Shown here in pieces: positions 45,775 to 60,420 of a stretch of DNA of 64,000 nucleotides. Position 1 is the first letter of the stretch. Every line of letters begins with the position of its first letter. Made by a program: the position numbers and the translations under genes. The notes under the pieces are model-generated. The model was given only the letters and a program-made list of their open reading frames with translations. It did no database searches and was not told the DNA's origin. The stretch lies in contig JAUCBJ010007173.1 in assembly GCA_032718475.1 (NCBI GenBank), positions 62,001-126,000 on the forward strand. Direction: 5' to 3'. The stretch comes from Nemertoderma westbladi (Eukaryota > Animalia > Xenacoelomorpha).

Positions 45775-46005
45775 GTAAGTAAGTAAGTTTTCTTCGGCCG
45801 CTAGGCCAGGGATTACGCACAAAGTCCGACGACTTATTTCCAGTGCGGTCCCCCCAGAACTTTACTCCCCAGAGGAAATTCCTGTACTCATTTAGCTACC
45901 ACTTAAGGATGCAAGGCAAAGATGCGCCCTGGCTGTTCCCTTTAAAGCATTCGTGCCGAAACAAAAACTGCCCTGGCCTATGTAAGGATCGAACCCACGA
46001 CCTAA
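45775..46005 (-). mobile_element. tRNA-derived SINE, copy 1
   Basis: Minus-strand B box gggttcgatcc near 45985-45997; (ttac)n tail; second copy at 48438-48669. Confidence 0.7.
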
Positions 46006-48169
46006 GTAGGCCATGCCGATTTAAGTAGGTCATGCCTTAACTCATTTTGAAAATGTTGAGTTCCATGCCTCATTTCTGGAACCATAAATGGTATATTATA
46101 TTAATCATTTTGAATGGAAATTTGGGGTAGGTCCATACTGGAGGAAATATTTATCGCTTTAACGATAAAAACCCTTATCATGCTGTCTTCTACGCCGGCT
46201 AAAGGGTCACTTAGTCCATTAATTGGGGTCTATCATTTCCTGGATGTCGATTAGTACTCGGAATGCTTGGCCGGGTATTTGATCAAATTAAATCATAATG
46301 ACACATTTTTTATAACTCGTTAATTTAGCGCATAAGTAGTACAGAGAACTCTACCCAGCCAGTAGTGAGGCACTACTGCTGGGATAAAAAAGGGATCTTC
46401 ATTTTGTATATTTATTATAGATGCAGATTTATTTTATTGGTGATATGTAGGCCAACTTGTTTTGGTAGAAGGTTAAATATATGTGCTATATGTTAATTAT
46501 ATTATATCTAACATGTTCTATATAACGGGTTGCTTTAATAATTAATTATTATTACTACTATTTATCTTATTACCTGTTACTTCGGATTACACCAATGCAG
46601 CTGATGATTGCCAAGTATATATAAAAAATTTATAGAAAAATAATAAGACAAACAGAGGGTCGACTACCGTTTTAGTTAAGCATAAAATAGTCAAACTCAG
46701 ATAGAAATATATTAGCGATATAATATCATAAAATATACATAATTCAGCTGCAATGCATCACCTACTCTAACTATAATCGGCCTGCTGCATTGCAGCTGCA
46801 CATTGAGATGCTATAATTGCTTTACAATAACCATTTGTGACATCACCTTGTCTATAAACAACCAAACCTTTTTATATGACTAACCTTTCCTTCTTAGGAT
46901 AACAAGAGACCATCCATCCCTTGTACTTAAGACTTCTTTACTGTATTGATGAGTGTTCAAACTGTTTGTGTTTTAAGTATGTATATTGCGCATTGTAGAT
47001 AATAAATCTTACTTCAACTGTTTGAACAATTAGCAAATAAGTGATAAAATAATATCATTATTAATGTCAATCATCAATAACAATGTAAATTTTTCTATAT
47101 TTTCTTAATAGTACTGGACTATCGCCAGAGCTGATTTTATCAATGTAACTGACAGTTCTAATCTTGTCGCAATTCAAGAACATTTTGTATTAAAGGATAA
47201 TTCCCATCGTATTCAAGCACTATTTCCAGATTTTGTGTATAAATCTCAACCTGCTATATATAACAACGAGAAGGTTAGAGCCGCGGGAGGCCTATTGGGG
47301 GGTAGTTACTGTATAAACCCGAAAATAACGAAAAATACGGAATTATTATCGAAAATATCGAAATTATAAAACTTTAAATAAAATTACGCTTTCCAGTGAG
47401 ATCGGTAATATTAGAAGGTACACTCTACATGTACATTTTTAAATTAATAAAATCCGATATTTTCGCCCCATTTTCGACCATAAAAGTAATTTAAAAACAA
47501 ATACTGTCTCTGCTGATTGGTTGTTAGAGGTAATGCAATGATGGCAAAACACCACAAGATGGCGCTTAAAATTAGGACAGTACAGTCAGAGTGTAGGAAT
47601 TACTGCATTGTGACTGCAGTACTGTAATTACCGTGCTGCGCCATTTGTCGTGCTGGAAGTCATTTTAAAGTACACCTGTAGCGCTAAGTTACCGATGTCG
47701 TAATCCAAACAACATTTTATATGGGAAATACTGTACATTGTTCAGTTGTTGCAGTGTTGGGTTACTGGGGGGTGCAGGTCGATTCGCCCTTCGACCTATT
47801 CGCACTAAGTCTATTCGCTATGTAATATAATAATGAATAGGGTCTACTGTATACTATAACTAACTATCACTAGGTATTATTTTTTATCTCATTTTAAGCT
47901 TCAACAGTAATTTATCCTATATCTGTATACTCTATATAGAGGAATACGCTAAGACTACAATATTCTTCACTTCATGCGTTGAGGGCGCTAAAATGTGTTA
48001 ATAATGTTTAGAGTTCAAAAATAGTAGGTGCTACGCGTAGCACCTACGCGTAGTTTCAAAATTTTAAAACACCTACGCGTAGTTGTTAAAAAGGCAGTAA
48101 GTCTGGCCCTACCGGTAAATGACAGGAATGGAAGTTACAAGGCAAATTCTCCTGCTACACCGGAACCGG

Positions 48170-48931
48170 ACCGGTTAACTAAGTACAGTATAACTCCCTT
48201 TTGAAATGACTCCCCAGTCATCTCAGCCTACTGTAGGCTGAGAACACTCCTCAGTCGTCTCAGCCTAGGCTGAGAATACTCCCCATAGCTATCTCTGCCT
48301 AGGTTGAGAACACTCCCCATAGCAATCTCAGCCTAGGCTGAGAATACGAGAACACTACCCTTATGCTGAGATGACTCCCTTAATTGAGTTATTATAATTC
48401 ATATCCGTACGTGTGTTATTTTCGTATATTGCAAAAAAAAGTAAAGTGAATTTTCTTCCGCCACTAGGCCAGGGATTACGCACAAAGTGTGACGACTTAT
48501 TTCCAGTGCGGTCCCCTCAGAAGTTTATTCCCCAGAGGAAACTCCAGTACTCATTTAGCTACCACTTAAGGATGCAAGGCAGAGATGCGCCCTGGCTGGT
48601 CCCTTTAAAGAATTCGTGCCGAAACAAAACTGCCCTGGCCCATCATGTGAGGATCGAACCCACGACCTACGGGAGATGTGAATTCAATGGGTCGCATTGA
48701 ACTACACCAAGGTGGAACCTATTGAGATATCGTTTATGATTGTTTTGGTTAGAAAAGTCCGCCACTGTAACCTGCTCCTTTCCGTTAATTAAGAAATATA
48801 GGGAGAAAACTAGGGAGTGATCTCAGCCTAGGCTGAGAAGACTGGCAGACTGGGGAGTGTTCTTGCAGCCTAGGCTGAGAAGACTGAGGAGTCATGTTTG
48901 GTGGGGAGTTATCTCAGCCTGTTACACCGGT
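48170..48931. mobile_element. Inverted-repeat element built of tctcagcctaggctgaga palindromes, with a SINE inserted
   Basis: Palindrome clusters at 48220-48380 and 48815-48920 in mirror arrangement. Confidence 0.55.
48438..48669 (-). mobile_element. tRNA-derived SINE, copy 2
   Basis: Aligns with 45781-46003, including the B box. Confidence 0.7.
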
Positions 48932-49261
48932 ACCATGCATGTAATACACCAGTAGGTCCCTACACTGATCTGCTGATTTGATTCATACAAGCCGCCATTG
49001 GTCAACATACGCACCTAACAACCAACCAGGAGACAGTATTTGGTATTAAATACTTTTAAGGTCGAAAATGGGGCGAAATTATCGGATTTTATTAATTAAA
49101 AAATGTAAAGTGTGCCTTCTAATAATACCTATCGTACTGGAAAGCGAGATTTTGCAGATTGTTTGATAATTTCGATATTTTCGTTAATAATTTCGTATTT
49201 TTCGTTATTTTCGGTTTGTAACCATCCCCTTCTGGGGGGTTGATTTAAGTACTATAAAAAC

Positions 49262-50008
49262 TCTATTAACTTCAGAAAGACCAAAATTTTGACAGTTAAC
49301 TTTGAAAGTCCTCAGTAAGTCTCTGATCGGATGAGCATAAGCTCAAAGGATGGTATGCTTGAGCATGTGGACGACTTCTGTTACCTGGGATCATGGATCC
49401 GGAAGTCAGGTGAGGACCTGCGAAAACGTAGGGGAAAGGCATGGGCAGCCTTGAATAGGCTTTCCAGGATTTGGAAGTCACCGAGAATTAATCGGAAACT
49501 TAGGTCCGATTATTTAGAGCAGCAGTAGTTCCAGTACTCCTCTATGGGAGTCCATGCTGGGCTCTACTTCTGAGGACACCAAATCTCTGGATGGCACATT
49601 CACAAGAATGCTACGCCGGGTTCATTGTGTCAAGTTCAATGCACACATCTCTAACCAGACACTATATAACATTGGAGGTGTCTCATTGGTTCCCCCAAGC
49701 TTGACACTAGAACAAAATCGCCACCGCTTTGCAGGACATTGCCTTCGCCTTGAGGACCAGCCAGTGCATAATCGTGTACTTTGGCAGCCTCATGGATTGA
49801 ATAAGCATGGTGGAGAGCCCATGACTTTCTTGAGACGTATCTTAAAGGACACTGGCCTTGGAGATGCGGATGATCTAGCAAATGTCATGGGTGATAGGGA
49901 GTTGTGGCGGCGCAATTCTGTCGACAATCCGGCACAGCATTCTTAAATTCAATGCATTCTTAAAAGCATGCAGTTGCAATGCAGCATGCCGATCCTAGTA
50001 GTAGTAGT
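49262..50008 (+). pseudogene. RTE-like LINE 3' fragment with (TAG)n tail
   Basis: DDFCYLGSWI, AWAALNRLSRIWKS, LDGTFTRMLRRV, RFAGHC, DRELWR; tagtagtagtag at ~49996. Confidence 0.85.
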
Positions 50009-52261
50009 ATAAAAACTAATTCATTTCGTGTGCAGGCAATTAAGTTACGACTAAATGCAATTATTAGATTATATAAAATTATTTCGACCCGAAATTTAGA
50101 ACACTCTTCTACTAGATACTGGAATAAAATTGTCATTAGAAAACAGTAAATAACAAGCGATTAGGTGGACCCGGAGGACCCACCATAAGAACCCATTCCA
50201 CACCTGCGATAGCAGCGTTCTCAATTTAGTCTCGGCAACTCTTCGAGAACCAGTTTTGCCAACGGGGTTGTTTGTTTATATGAGATAACGACACAGCTGT
50301 AAATTGTTTTGCTGGAGAACACAACAATGCATATCTAATTAATTATTATCATTGATTGTTGTTAGAAATAAAATAAAATTATCATAAATAATATTGATTG
50401 TAGTCGAACGGATGAAGTGGTAGGCATTAAGAGTCCAGCAACATTTTCCCTTCTTAGAAATCGAATAATTGTCATGGAACAGACGTGTGTGTCAAGGCGC
50501 TCTACCCATGGAACAGACATATGTGCCATGGTACCGAAAGGGTTAACCAGCGGTATGGATGATAGAAATAAACTATTGAGGGTCTTTACCTGGTTTGATA
50601 TATTAATTAAAGATAACAATAGTAAACGTTTTTGACGTAAAACGTGTGAGTGAGTCTGATATGAGTAGTATAAGTAACAGGAATCATGACAAATAGAAAT
50701 ATTCTTGCATACAAAATACATGTCAAACATGGCATTGATCACAAAAAACATGTTTTTTCACATGTGAAACTTAATGTAATTGAACTAGAAAGGCAGCAAG
50801 CTGGCTGGAAGGAGCCCGGGGGAAGAATCCTAGCCAAGACTATTACAAATGAACTATGTCAGTCAGCAGTAAGTAAACTAGACAATTGTCTAAACAGTAA
50901 GGCTAGCTAACTTTGTGGCTGTGGCTTGTCCCACATAATAAAAAATGAAACTTTGCTACAACTAACAAAAATATAATATGAAGCAAATAATTTCATTATC
51001 AAGCACGTTTACAAGATATAAGATAAGATTACCAAATATTTATAAAAAATGCCCATGATGCACAACCAGATAAATAACAACGAATAGAGCCAAATAATAA
51101 ATTTAGTTTCCTTATTTTAGATCTACCCTTAGGAAGCACTGGGAGAGCAATCAGCTTATGGGGTATTACATTAGAAACCCACAGCTTATGTGTGAGTAAA
51201 CATTGCCTTTCCTTATAGCCTACTAGTAAAACTTGGCAACCAACACGTTTTACTATTGACTGTGTATAACTGACATTATTAAGCCATATTTCATTGTGAA
51301 CACCAGCTGTTATTTTACCATTGCTTTTAATTTCGCGACAAAATATTGTCAAAAAACTAAATATATCGAATACCACACATAGAATCGATCTGAAATTTTG
51401 TAACGCGATTATGAACCACCAAAGCAATGTACTTGCAAAATTTCATCAAAATCGCCAGGCAGGAAGTACCTGAACCTGGATAATTATCAGTCAGTCAGTG
51501 TTATATATCCTGAGATTATTACAGTAAGTATCCCGCTGTCGAGCGGCTCCTAATTTGTAACCAAAGCAGTACAGGTAGGTACTAAATTGTTTATAAAATA
51601 GGCGGGCAATTAATTATGCCCTGCTTGCTGAAGGTGAAAGGAAATGGGACACGCCCGTCCTTTTGGCTTAGATATGTCAGTGGTAGAAGCTATCCTAAAA
51701 AAAAACTGTCAATAAGTTCACTGACCGGTAGTCTAATTGGTTATCACTTCACACCCTTCTACTGATTGATTGGCTGTTGAGCTATAAGCGCCCTTCTCTA
51801 CACAGTTTCTACCACCCAATCTATTTTTTTTATAGAAGGTCTCTCTATCTTTTATTTTAAGATTTAATATAGAACTAGATAATTTATTTAAAATTATGTT
51901 ACATAAAACTGTTAAAAAGTAACAATAACAAATTTGGAATAATTACAGGAGGACAATAAATAATATGTTAAATTTATTGTAGAGGTTATAGTTGAATTTG
52001 GCACGCAGTAAACATCGGCCACGAGAAAGCTTCGTCTGCGCCCAATCTTTGGCCCATATGAAGTATGCCAGACTTTCTGCTGTTATATTTCACTTTGCAG
52101 TTTATCCCCACGTGAAGAATACCATTTCACTAATACTACTGGTTTCAGAAGGGCTGATTCTAACCAAAACAATAAACGAATAAGTATCTATACAGGTTAT
52201 AAGATAGAATTAAGCGCTATAAAACAAAACACTTAACCCTATTAGTACCGGGCTATAAAAT

Positions 52262-53530
52262 TGTTAAAGCTTTTGCGGCCAAAATGTCCCCATTTTACAC
52301 AATGCGCTGGTTACTCTAAACCCTTGGAAAACTCATTAAGAACTTTGTATTTTATGAACTAATGTAAACTTAATCCCTACAGCTTTTATTCTAAGTATAA
52401 CACTTTCCCGTACATTTCTACAGAAACCCAAATGCTCAGATTATCAGCCCATTGGATACTATTCTCTTTGTTTACACCCTTCCCTGTTAGTCACCATCCA
52501 ATCAGCATACTTTCCCCCCTACGTCACCCCATAGCCTGAAATACCGGATCCATTGGTTACGCGTAACCAATGGTTACCAATGGTTAATGGCATGGTTACT
52601 GGTCCCTGATTGGAACTTCTTGTAGATTCCATACGTTCTACGGCGTTTCATGTGATTCATGCTTTGTGGACTACTTGAGGCAAGAATATTCTTGCAGCCC
52701 CTCAGTGTGAGTGTTTATACACTTCCTGACTTTGCGCCCAGAAACACCAGTGGCTAGAAAGATACAGAACGCAAATCTATTACACTTTCATACATTTTCA
52801 TACTTCCAACTTTGCAGTATTGTGTACCGACTAACTGCAACACATACTGATTGTCTGATATTGCTGCAACACCACATTTTTACACTGATTTATGCTGTTA
52901 TAATCTGTTGTAATTTGTAACATATGGATTCATGTTAATAGTTGGAGAATACTTACGAATAACCGGTAGATCTCTTGGTTTTCATGATTATTGAGGTAAG
53001 CGGAGGGATTTACTATTCACAAATGCATAGTTCAAATAACAGTGGTTTGTATGAGTTTATGCTGTTTCATAGTCCCCAACGTACCTGAGTTAAGTTCTCC
53101 CTATATGCAAGTAAAATTGGTGACTGTTGGCAAATTAGCATGTTTCAGTACTATCTTCCATCCGTGCTTGCGTGTGAAAGTTCAATAAATACATCCCTAA
53201 AGGATGTAAACATTTGCGTTATCTCATGCCCACCCATTTTAATTAGTATAAGTCATATCTCTGCGTAGTATTTAGAGCGCAGCACCTGAAAGGAACTGTT
53301 AGTATTTAACTGAAAATAAGCATAGTTTTTGGAGATTATATAGTAAAGATCAATTGAATAATACAAAGTGTCCTACGGCTCTTTCTGCCATCAGAACCAG
53401 TCTCCCACCTCCAGTGGGTCATACGCTGCGCTAGACTGGCTTCGGCTGTGTTCATCTGTATTGGGCTGTCAGGTATTAATAGACATATAAATTAGCAGGT
53501 TAAACTGTTAAAGGTCTAAAAGCATGAACA
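52262..53530 (+). repeat. 5' LTR of element C (1269 bp)
   Basis: tgttaaagcttttgcgg...aaaggtctaaaagcatgaaca. Confidence 0.8.
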
Positions 53531-54739
53531 GTAATATATTTATTCTTTTTATTGTTCCGTAGGCAATAAAACCTGTATTTATCGGTCCAGCGGTAACCTG
53601 TAGGCCTAGGGGTACCGGTCCAGTACCGCATAGCAGTATTAATTCGATTGTGACATATTTGTATATTCGAAGGCTGTTAGGGAGATTGGGATTGATCACC
53701 TCTTATTTCTTTTATGGTTTACATATTTCTATCAGCTTTGTTTATCTGTAAGTGTAATATTGAGAAGAAGGTGTATAATCCTGCTCAGGTTGTAAAGGTA
53801 ATCTATAGGCTGAGTTGTTGCCTGATTATTGTTGGATTTGAAGCAGATTACAGTATTGTAGGTTATTGGTCTGATAGAGTGTTAGTTAGGTAGTGGGGCA
53901 TCCATTGCTGTAAGGTAAACCCCCCATTAAAGAATAAGTCGTACCACGTAGTCTGGAACGCGAACTAAGTAATAATTTCGGAAATTTCATCTACTGTAGT
54001 TTATTTTAGATTTGATGGTGGTCTTTCAGCATTTCGGTTTGTGATTTGTTTTAATAATCTGTAAAGGTAGCTTATAAGGTAATACTTAAGGTAATACTTA
54101 TTATTCAGAGTTTATGCGAGTAATTTGCAACCTTCATGTCCCTAAGTTTATTCCTGCAATAATTCTGCTAAGTTGTACATACCTTAATAGTTAAATTAAC
54201 CGCAGTACTACTTCAGGACTGCTTGGCGTAGGACAGACTTGTGATTTAGTACTCCGGCCACTCTGGTAGATGCTGTGGTTCTTTTAGCTGTTCAAGTATA
54301 TTTAACTGCGAGTTATATGTTATACAAGTGTTCGTATCTAACTAGGGTTTAGGGTACAACACTTCCTGAAATTTAATTTAGTGTGTACACAGTACATTTG
54401 AGTTGTAAAGTGGTTAATAGGTCTGTTAGCATAGGCTATGATAATTAACTTCTAGATATAGGACACTACGGGTACGTTTGTTTATAGTGTAGACTATAAG
54501 CCGTCAGATGGTGGCATCTCCTTATCTGGACAACCTGAATTATTGACTATATTGGTTTCAAAATTCCGTAATACCCCTGTAAGAACCAGAAATTCAATGT
54601 TCTGGTTAGTAAAATTCTTGTTAAACTCAGACTCAAAAGAACTCAAAATCTCAAAACCGATTCAGACTCAAAAACAAAAACTCAAACTTGGTCCAATCAA
54701 ATCGATCTCTGTAACTTAATACAGCCCAATAACGAACTG

Positions 54740-57700
54740 TTGGCTTACGAGGATGACGAGCACGATGAGGTAGTGGAGCGATACAATGCTAAAATGAGAG
54801 ATGAACTCGCAGTGCGATTCTTCACGCAAGTAGCTGTGGAACCCAACTCTTATGATAGAGCCCTATCAGTAGAGGAGGAGAGAGCTAAACAGATCCAATT
54901 GACGACTACTCGTTATCTAAAAGAGGATGGTCGTTACGAGATTGGTTTACCTTTCTGGAAGAGAGAACCAATTTTTGTAAACAATCGACTGTTAGCCATC
55001 AAGAGAATCGAACAACTACATCGACGCTTATCAAGGAATGACAAAGCCAAAGAGATGTACAAGACCCAGTTGAAAAAGTTCATCAACAAGGGATACGCAG
55101 AGCGAGTTACAACTGATACACCTGTGACGGAGAGAACGTACTATCTAACACACAACTACGTTCCCAAACCCAGTAAGCCCAACGAAGTCTAGGTGGTGTT
55201 CGACGGCTCTGTGCTGTATAAGGGACAATCCCTCAACTCCGAGTTATTGCCGGTACCCAACCTACTTCAATCACTGATGGGAATACTACTGCGACTCCGG
55301 CAGTATTCTCTCGCCTTTGCCTCCGATATAGAAGGCATGTTTCTTCAGGTAAAAGCGTTGCAATGAGACTGAGATAGCTTACAGTTCTTATGGTGGCCTG
55401 ATGGTGACTTCGACAAAGAACCAGTAGAGTACTGGATGACTATCCAGGCCTTCGGCATTATCTCTAGTCCGTCCAACGCCTGCTCAATGGTGCATACTAC
55501 TGCTGATGAAAATCGATACGCCTTCCTAGAGCGGTCATCGATAACATCAAACGTGACATCTACATGGACGACAACCTCAAGTCAATACCTACAGTGGAAG
55601 ATGCTATAGAGGTTGCCAAGGGAATGGTAGAGTGTCTTCAAAGCAGTGGATTCCGCTTAACTAAATTCACCAGCAACTCCTGTGAGTTTCTGGAGGCAAT
55701 CCCAGAGAAAGAACGAGGTGCTAAAGATCTCGAACTCATTAAAGATGACCTCCCAGAAACCAACACCCTCGGACTAAAGTGGGATACAGAGAGGGATATT
55801 TTGTTCTTCCAATTAAAACAACCCAATGATCCTGTTCAAACTAAAAGGATCTGCTTGAGTATTCTGAGCACGTATTTCAATCCATTGGGATTCATTAGTC
55901 CAGTATTCCTGGTTGCTCAGAGTCTAGTCCAACAGATGTGGCACGAAAACCACTCTTGGGATGACCCTCTAAAGGGTGAACTATTGAAGAAATGGATGAA
56001 GTGGGAAAACTCTTTACCATCTATTGAAGACTTTAAGATTTCTTGCTCATATTTCGGTCATATTCTCCCCACCTATTCCTATCAACTCCACGTCTTTGGA
56101 GATGCCAGCGATATTGGAATAGGTATAGTAGCCTATTTGAGAGTCGAAACGCCGGACGGAATTAAGGTTTCCTTAGCTGCCTCAAAGGCTCTAATAAACA
56201 ACAAGCTGCGGGTCCCTAGAGTGGAATTAAAAGCAGCACTATATGCTACCACCATTGGCAGGAATATCACCGAAAAGATAGAATACCCGACCCGTTGGAG
56301 AAAACTGTTTATTGGACAGATGCATTACTCGTTCTAGAATATTTGACTAGCAAAGTCTGCCAGTTCAGCGTCTTTGTAACTAACCACGTAGATATTATAC
56401 TCAGTCTTACAAAGGTGAACCAATGGAGACATTTCCCTGGGACTATTAATCCAGCCAATATCGTCTCCAGAGGAGCTACACCCAAAGAACTAGCTGAGAC
56501 GCCAGATTGGCTAGGTGGCCCCAACTTCCTGAGTGAAGAAGAGGAGGAATGCCCCCCCCCCCCCCATTTCACCACCGTGGAGATCAGACAAGCCAATGGA
56601 GCGGAGACTGTTAAACCAAAGACTCGGACGAGTAAATCCAAGCTGTTTAAACTGACGCTCAATCTATCGGTTCTACACAATGCTGATGATGACAATAATG
56701 CCAAGCAGCGAACCCCAATCACGACCTTGGCTTACATTCAAAGCCGAGATTGGAAGACTGGCATACCCGATGTCTCAAAAGGACTCTCAACCATAGTGCA
56801 GAGAGTGATGGCCCATTATAGTTCTTGGAATAGTCTTTGTAAGGCGATAACTTATTTGAAACGGCTTTTCGACCATCACTATTCCAAGACTAAGGTAACC
56901 CACGATGCCATCCCCAGAGAAGTCGAAAAGGTCAATGCCATCAAAGACCTTCCCACTTATCGGCTACCTACTAAGTTTTTAGTTGACAAGATCACTCATC
57001 AGGAGCATGATGATACCAACAAGCAACTACTGAGGCTTCTACAGTGCCATAAGGATCCTGATAAGTATTTCCTGTTGATGAAAAATCTGCAGATGCGCTT
57101 TAAGGATTCTTTGTCCAGCATGATGTTTGACGGACTCATTCGTGTCGGAGGGAGATTAACTAATGCACCACTTTCCTTTGACACTAAGTTTCCAATAATC
57201 ATTAGAAATCTTGAAATACAAGTCAAGATGATTGTAGATGTCCATAGTAATCTTTATCATGCCGGTAGGGAATGAGTTCTTAGTGATGTTAGAACGCGCT
57301 ATTATTTTTCTAAGCCACGTAAGGCACTAAATCAAGTTCTAGGAACTGTATACCCTGTAGGAAAGAATTTAGTCGGCCTTTAATACAGCGAGAGGCAGAA
57401 TTACCTAGGGAAAGATTAAGCTGTTATGAACCACCCTTTACTAACACTGGTGTGGATTTATTTGGCCCTATTGAAGTGTATCGCGCTTGAACTATAGTCA
57501 AGCGATAGTGCATTATATTTGACTTGTAGAGTGATTCATCTACTAATAGTTTCATACTTAGTCTACAATGACAAATTGCTCGTTTTGGGACTAGCAACAC
57601 CATGCGATCAGATAAAGGTACCAACTTTATCGGAGCCAACAACGAGATAAAGGCTTACATCAATGACTGGAACCAGCGACAGATGATCAGTTGAGAGTGA

Positions 57701-58310
57701 CAGCATCCAGCTGGACTTTCAACGCCGCCAATGCTCCATGGTGGGGAGGAAGTTGGGAGAGACTTATACACGGTGTCAAGACCACATTCCACTTTGTAGT
57801 GCCGTGCTGCGCGTATCTCACTGACGAACTCCTATGAACTCTAATGGGGGAAATTACCATCTACCTGAACGAGAGGCCGCTCATGCCTTTCTCTTCCAGT
57901 CCCGATTCCCTAGAAGCGCTAACACACGCGCACTTTCTACTGAAGAAGCTGGTGGCCATGCTTCCAACTTCGGACATAAACGATGGAGACGAGTATTGTA
58001 AACAAACTTGGCAGCTCATGCAGTTGTTGTCCCTCCATTTCGCTGACCATTTCGAGAAGTATTATCTCCCAACGCTGCAGCTTAGAACTAAGTGGTTCAC
58101 GCAGCAGGAAAATGTCAGTTCCGGAGACATGGTTTTAATAGTTGATTCGGATCTACCCCGCAAGAGGTGGCAGATAGGTCGTATCATCGAGACCCACATA
58201 TCCAACGACGGGCTAGTGTGATCGGTAGAACTCATCATAATGATATGAAACCATAAGAAGAAAGGAATCGTCTTCGAGATACAACAACTGAACCACCCCG
58301 TTGGTCGTCT
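54740..58310 (+). pseudogene. BEL/Pao pol pseudogene (RT, RNase H, integrase)
   Basis: DGRYEIGLPF, VVFDGS, YMDD at 55561-55572, TLGLKWD, LHVFGDAS, VPRVEL, WTDA, GLIRVGGRL, GVDLFGP, SDKGTNF, PWWGGSWE, LNERPL; many stops and frameshifts. Confidence 0.93.
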
Positions 58311-60119
58311 ATGTGGTGGACAAGTGGTGGATCTGGCGACATGGTAGTGTAAGTAAGTGTAGTTAGTGGTGGAGTTATGTTATATGATTAGGGCCTACTT
58401 TATATTGTTATTACCAGTCTGGTAGGTACTTTATATTATTACTTTATCTATCTTTCCGGAACTTTATGATATTGCTATATAGGTACTATTTATATTATTA
58501 TTATTATATATTACGATTGCCTGCCTATCCAATATTCCCCACCACAAAGTGAAAAACACATCTATGGCCTTGAAAATATTTCTTCATTAATTAAATAGAT
58601 TAAGTAACAATCCTGAAAATTAAACGTGTAAATCCCCTGCAGATAATTGTCTCAGTTGTAATAAAGAGTCGCATTCATTTTCAGATAAGTTAAGGGCACC
58701 ACCAACCTGATTCAAGCATCCGACAACAATCCCAGCACCCGGCCAGCCCGTAGTGGCATTGTTCTTTCGAAACTCTTACCATCCATTGACTGATTGAGCG
58801 ACTAGACTTTCTCTCCATAGAACGAGACAGGGAGTTGTCTGGAAATTACGTTAAACAGGAAACTCTCCCGGCGACCACCTCCCAGATTTAATGAACATCT
58901 AGAGACTAACTGACTCTTAGTTAGGGGAGCGGGCGCAAGACCATTTATTTTATCTGTATATTTTGCATTTAGGTACGTCTTATTATGTAATTTTATATTA
59001 TTATAATCGTTTTATTTAATTATAGTTGGTAGAATAACCCTGTAAATAATATTAGATTTATTAGTTTGTAATATATTTAGACAACGACGGGAAATAAATT
59101 CCTTTTATTCCTTCCTTACTGTCCGTATATTATTCTAAATGCGTGATTGCAGTAAGATGTCGTACTTTTTAAAGTACAATACCCGTCCCTACTGTACCTT
59201 AGGTATTATTGGTAAACGTAGAGTATTAGGAATGCAAAGTTCAGATCCTCTTGTCTCAGCTAAACCAAGCTCTGGGTAGACCTTGGAAACGACTTGCCTC
59301 TTCTCACTGACATTACTTATTGCAATATTACTCTCATACCGTAGTCCTAAAATAATATGTATAGTAGATGATGTCCATTTAACAGTAAAACTGTCCCAGT
59401 AAATCTGTTAAACCCTTTGACCATCTGAAATTCTAGTCGATTAATATATCGTGGCACCCACCGATATACTTAAAAGCCAAAATTTCTTGAATCAGTGGTT
59501 AACATCCCCAGACAAGTTCTGGAATAAATTGGTGCCCATCCTAATATAAATTAATAAAATCTACGGGAATAAATTTAAATTCATAACTTATCATGAATTA
59601 ATTAAAATTGTCAATTTTAGACAATTATTATAATATTCCCTAAAATTAATCAATTAATAGATCACGGGAGCGGAGATTCACCCATTATTACAAGTGTGAG
59701 CGAATCCCCTTGTTTGCATTGAATAGCTGGCAAAATTAATAAGCATCACATATAAGGGAGTAATAATAACCATAGAGCCACTATTAAATAGCATTCCAGA
59801 TCTGTATGCATGAGAAATACTCTAATCTCTATTGCTAGCTTTGCAAAATGTCACCTTAGCAACGTCCACACTAGAATTAGAATATAGTGAGAGAACAATA
59901 GAAAGCCTGCCATATTAAATAGAATGCATAGCATATAGTATCTAGGGATACATAAAAACACCGTGACTTTCTGGAAAGCATTTGACTAACGGACAAATGG
60001 CCCCAAATTGTGTGAATTGTGGTATGAATGTTGAATTTGTGTATTTATAGGTGAATGTTACTACTAAAGTGTGTTTACAGTAGCGAACCGCAATTGTGAA
60101 AGTAATCCCTTATCTGTGA

Positions 60120-60420
60120 CCAACCTCTACAAGCATTTCGCGATAGTTTGTAGAGCGGTGATGCTAGTCAACCTACAACTGCAGATGATGGACGTTAAAT
60201 CGAACCCCTGATGACTGAGGATCAGCTTAAGCGAGAACTCGATTATAGAAAATTCACCTCCCTCTATACGCATCGCAATGGTACGTATATGGATTTCTTA
60301 ACTACTGGTCATCCTATCGATTTACATGAAACTGATGCTCTGGATATGGAAACAGATATGGTTTTATTCAAGTTTCACGCGCAAGGGAGCTGGAACAACA
60401 TACAAACGAATCGATCATGA
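60120..60420 (+). pseudogene. N-terminal remnant of ORF3 in element C
   Basis: QLKRELDYRKFTSLYTHRNGTYMDFLTTGHPIDLH matches 25737-26081. Confidence 0.85.

Larger units (their letters stand above)
47317..49217. mobile_element. Element with ~200-bp imperfect terminal inverted repeats, containing nested inserts
   Basis: ccgaaaataacgaaaaatacg...ttcgccccattttcgacc (47319-47480) is mirrored at 49059-49215. Confidence 0.7.
52262..60420 (+). mobile_element. Degenerate group B BEL/Pao element (element C): 5' LTR, leader, gag deleted, pol, 3' spacer and start of ORF3; 3'-truncated
   Basis: LTR ends match the reverse complements of the B and D LTRs; 53531-54620 resembles 32900-34090; 58930-60110 resembles 26360-27560. 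Confidence 0.85.

Noticed and set aside
45940-46010. tRNA gene
   Set aside because: Only a B box and partial arm, attached to a SINE body present twice; no full cloverleaf seen.
50480-52260. One piggyBac-like element between aagggttaa (~50546) and ttaaccct (~52233)
   Set aside because: The two ends face away from each other, so they cannot delimit one element; their partners were not identified.
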